Source: Coleofasciculus sp. B1-GNL1-01 (lineage in GTDB: Bacteria; Cyanobacteriota; Cyanobacteriia; Cyanobacteriales; Coleofasciculaceae). From it: a DNA stretch of 64,000 bases. Below are positions 61,999-64,000 of the stretch, one piece after another (the stretch's first letter is position 1; each line of letters opens with the position of its first letter). The notes under the pieces are model-generated. The model made no database searches. It was not told where the DNA came from and saw only the letters and a program-made list of their open reading frames with translations. The stretch is taken from assembly GCA_040220235.1 (NCBI GenBank), contig JAVJTO010000077.1; one strand, written 5' to 3'. A program made the translations under genes and the position numbers.

Positions 61999-64000
61999 GT
62001 GAGTTACGAACCCCTCCATCACAAATATCGCCCTCAGACGTTTGCCGATTTGGTTGGTCAAGAAGCGATCGCGCAAACCCTCACGAATGCTATTCGTCAA
62101 GAGAAAGTTGCCCCAGCTTATTTGTTCTGTGGTCCCAGAGGTACGGGAAAAACCTCGTCAGCGCGGATTTTAGCCAAGTCCCTTAACTGTCTGACTACCG
62201 ATAAGCCAACGCCTCAACCTTGCGGTACTTGTGACGTTTGTCGCACGATCGCTCAAGGAACCGCCCTGGATATCACCGAAATTGACGCGGCGAGTAATAC
62301 GGGTGTTGATAATATTCGGGAAATCATCGAACGCGCCCAGTTTGCCCCCGTTCAATGTCGCTACAAGGTGTATGTGGTGGATGAGTGTCACATGCTCAGT
62401 AGTGCGGCGTTCAATGCATTACTCAAAACCCTAGAAGAACCCCCTAAACATGTTGTTTTTGTCTTAGCCACCACCGATCCTCAACGAGTTTTACCCACAA
62501 TTATTTCTCGCTGTCAACGGTTTGATTTTCGTCGCATTCCCTTAGCGGCAATGGTCAAGCATCTTCAAGACATTGCCACCCAAGAAAGCATTAATATTAC
62601 AACAGAAGCGATTACCTTAGTCGCACAAGTGGCACAAGGGGGATTACGAGATGCTGAAAGTCTGCTGGATCAACTCAGCTTGTTAGCCGGAGAAATAACC
62701 GTTGAGTGTATCTGGGATTTAGTTGGGGCAGTACCCGAACGAGACTTATTAGCACTGAGCCAAGCGATCACGGATAATAATGCTCAAGCCGTTCTCGACT
62801 GTTGCCGCAATTTAATGGATCGGGGACGAGAACCCTTAGTTGTGCTGCAAAATTTAGCCGGATTTTATCGAGATTTACTGATAGCTAAAACCGCACCCAG
62901 TCGTCAAGATTTAGTCGCTGTTACACCGCCAACCTGGAAACAGTTAGGCGAGTTGGCTCAATCGATGGATACGACGGATATTTTACAGGGACAACAACAT
63001 TTAAAAAGTAGTGAAGTCCAGGTAAAAAATACAACCCAACCGCGCCTCTGGTTAGAAGTCACCCTGTTAGGCTTATTACCCGAAGCATTGCGCGTAGAAT
63101 CGGCAAGTAATCAGACGCGATCGCATTCCCAAACGAGTCAACCTAGAACCCCCCAGCCATCAGAACCTCAACGCCGTTCTCAACCTCCCTCTCCCCCCCC
63201 TGCGGCTGCACCTCAAGCGCCAACCCCTCAACCCACTGCCTCAACCCCTGAGACTCAATCACCCCCGCCAGTCCCATCCTCGCCATCCTCTGTGCCACCT
63301 GCTCATCAGGAAACCGTACCTGCCGTTCCTGTTGCAGAACAATCGGCGGATCACGAACAAATTTGGCAAAATATTCTTGACAATTTAGGACAAAATAGTG
63401 TCAAAGCATTATTAGGTCAGCATTGTAATTTATTTAGTTTTGATGGAACCGTAGCGCAGATCGGAATTACGTCTAAACCACTGTTGAAACTAGCACAAGA
63501 TAAACTGCCCAATATTCAAGCTGCTTTTCAAAGGGTTTATCAGAAAGACATCAAAGTCATGTTCAAAGTTCTTGGAACCACATCGGCTAAACCCGCAGCG
63601 ACAAATCGGGAACCTGTTACACCATCGCCGTCTAAATCGCCGTCACCTGTAGAAGAGGAAGACGATCAGGATCATAGAAAAACTCAAGGAACTGTTATTC
63701 CTCAACCGGAACGTCAAATAGTCCAACCGACTGAAACTTCGTCTAATCAGGCGCAGGAAACTCGCTCCGTTTCTCTACCTCAATCTTCGATATCAGAACC
63801 TATAGATACTGGAGACTGGGATGAGGAGAAAATTAAAGATGCTGTAACTGCCCTAGAGAAATTTTTTGGTGGTAATGTGATTAATCTAGAGGATGAATTG
63901 AATCTGCCTACATTGGAGATAAGAACATCCACAGAGGTAACCAAGCCAACCATACCTTCGCTTCAATCCCAGTCGTTTAATGAGACAGATTCAATCACCA
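61999..64000 (+). CDS. dnaX: DNA polymerase III subunit gamma/tau (partial, runs off the window)
   Basis: GTG start MSYEPLHHKYRPQTF, GPRGTGKTS, DECHML and SRCQ motifs. No stop was noticed before the window end. Confidence 0.96.
   Translation, partial: MSYEPLHHKYRPQTFADLVGQEAIAQTLTNAIRQEKVAPAYLFCGPRGTGKTSSARILAKSLNCLTTDKPTPQPCGTCDVCRTIAQGTALDITEIDAASNTGVDNIREIIERAQFAPVQCRYKVYVVDECHMLSSAAFNALLKTLEEPPKHVVFVLATTDPQRVLPTIISRCQRFDFRRIPLAAMVKHLQDIATQESINITTEAITLVAQVAQGGLRDAESLLDQLSLLAGEITVECIWDLVGAVPERDLLALSQAITDNNAQAVLDCCRNLMDRGREPLVVLQNLAGFYRDLLIAKTAPSRQDLVAVTPPTWKQLGELAQSMDTTDILQGQQHLKSSEVQVKNTTQPRLWLEVTLLGLLPEALRVESASNQTRSHSQTSQPRTPQPSEPQRRSQPPSPPPAAAPQAPTPQPTASTPETQSPPPVPSSPSSVPPAHQETVPAVPVAEQSADHEQIWQNILDNLGQNSVKALLGQHCNLFSFDGTVAQIGITSKPLLKLAQDKLPNIQAAFQRVYQKDIKVMFKVLGTTSAKPAATNREPVTPSPSKSPSPVEEEDDQDHRKTQGTVIPQPERQIVQPTETSSNQAQETRSVSLPQSSISEPIDTGDWDEEKIKDAVTALEKFFGGNVINLEDELNLPTLEIRTSTEVTKPTIPSLQSQSFNETDSIT

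Noticed and set aside
62360..62410. Intein in dnaX
   Set aside because: The DECHML site that carries an intein in some cyanobacteria is uninterrupted here.

Overview
A 64-kb chromosomal segment of a filamentous cyanobacterium. The evidence is frequent HIP1 octamers (GCGATCGC), heptamer STRR arrays, an SLH-OprB porin, PAM68 and cruF/cruG. Most genes are housekeeping: grpE-dnaK-dnaJ-tusA-like-rsgA, pyrF, tyrS, a class A PBP, cysC, glk, a group-2 sigma factor, mutY, a PatA/CheY/CheW/MCP/CheA/CheW taxis operon, aroF, rpsO, ruvX, cruF-cruG, rnhA and dnaX. Accessory elements are a vapBC pair, a solo tnpB (IS1341-type) element, a single-ORF IS66-family element next to a cmoB-like gene, a CHAT fragment with a DUF6888/DUF6887-like pair, at least five MITE families and many GTAG/CTAC REP-like repeats. 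Five observations stand out. (1) A four-helix-bundle (IVP/Avd-like) gene sits antisense inside the taxis operon, bracketed by mutually inverted ~10-unit heptamer arrays that abut the MCP stop and the cheA start. (2) This heptamer shows a strong orientation rule at start versus stop codons. (3) Two tandem IF3 paralogs, and a third small gene, appear to need ATT/ATA/ATC starts. (4) There is a candidate unannotated structured sRNA between pyrF and tyrS. (5) REP elements are inserted in frame in four proteins. No CRISPR array, rRNA or tRNA gene was recognised. All family assignments are from motif recognition by eye, not from database searches.
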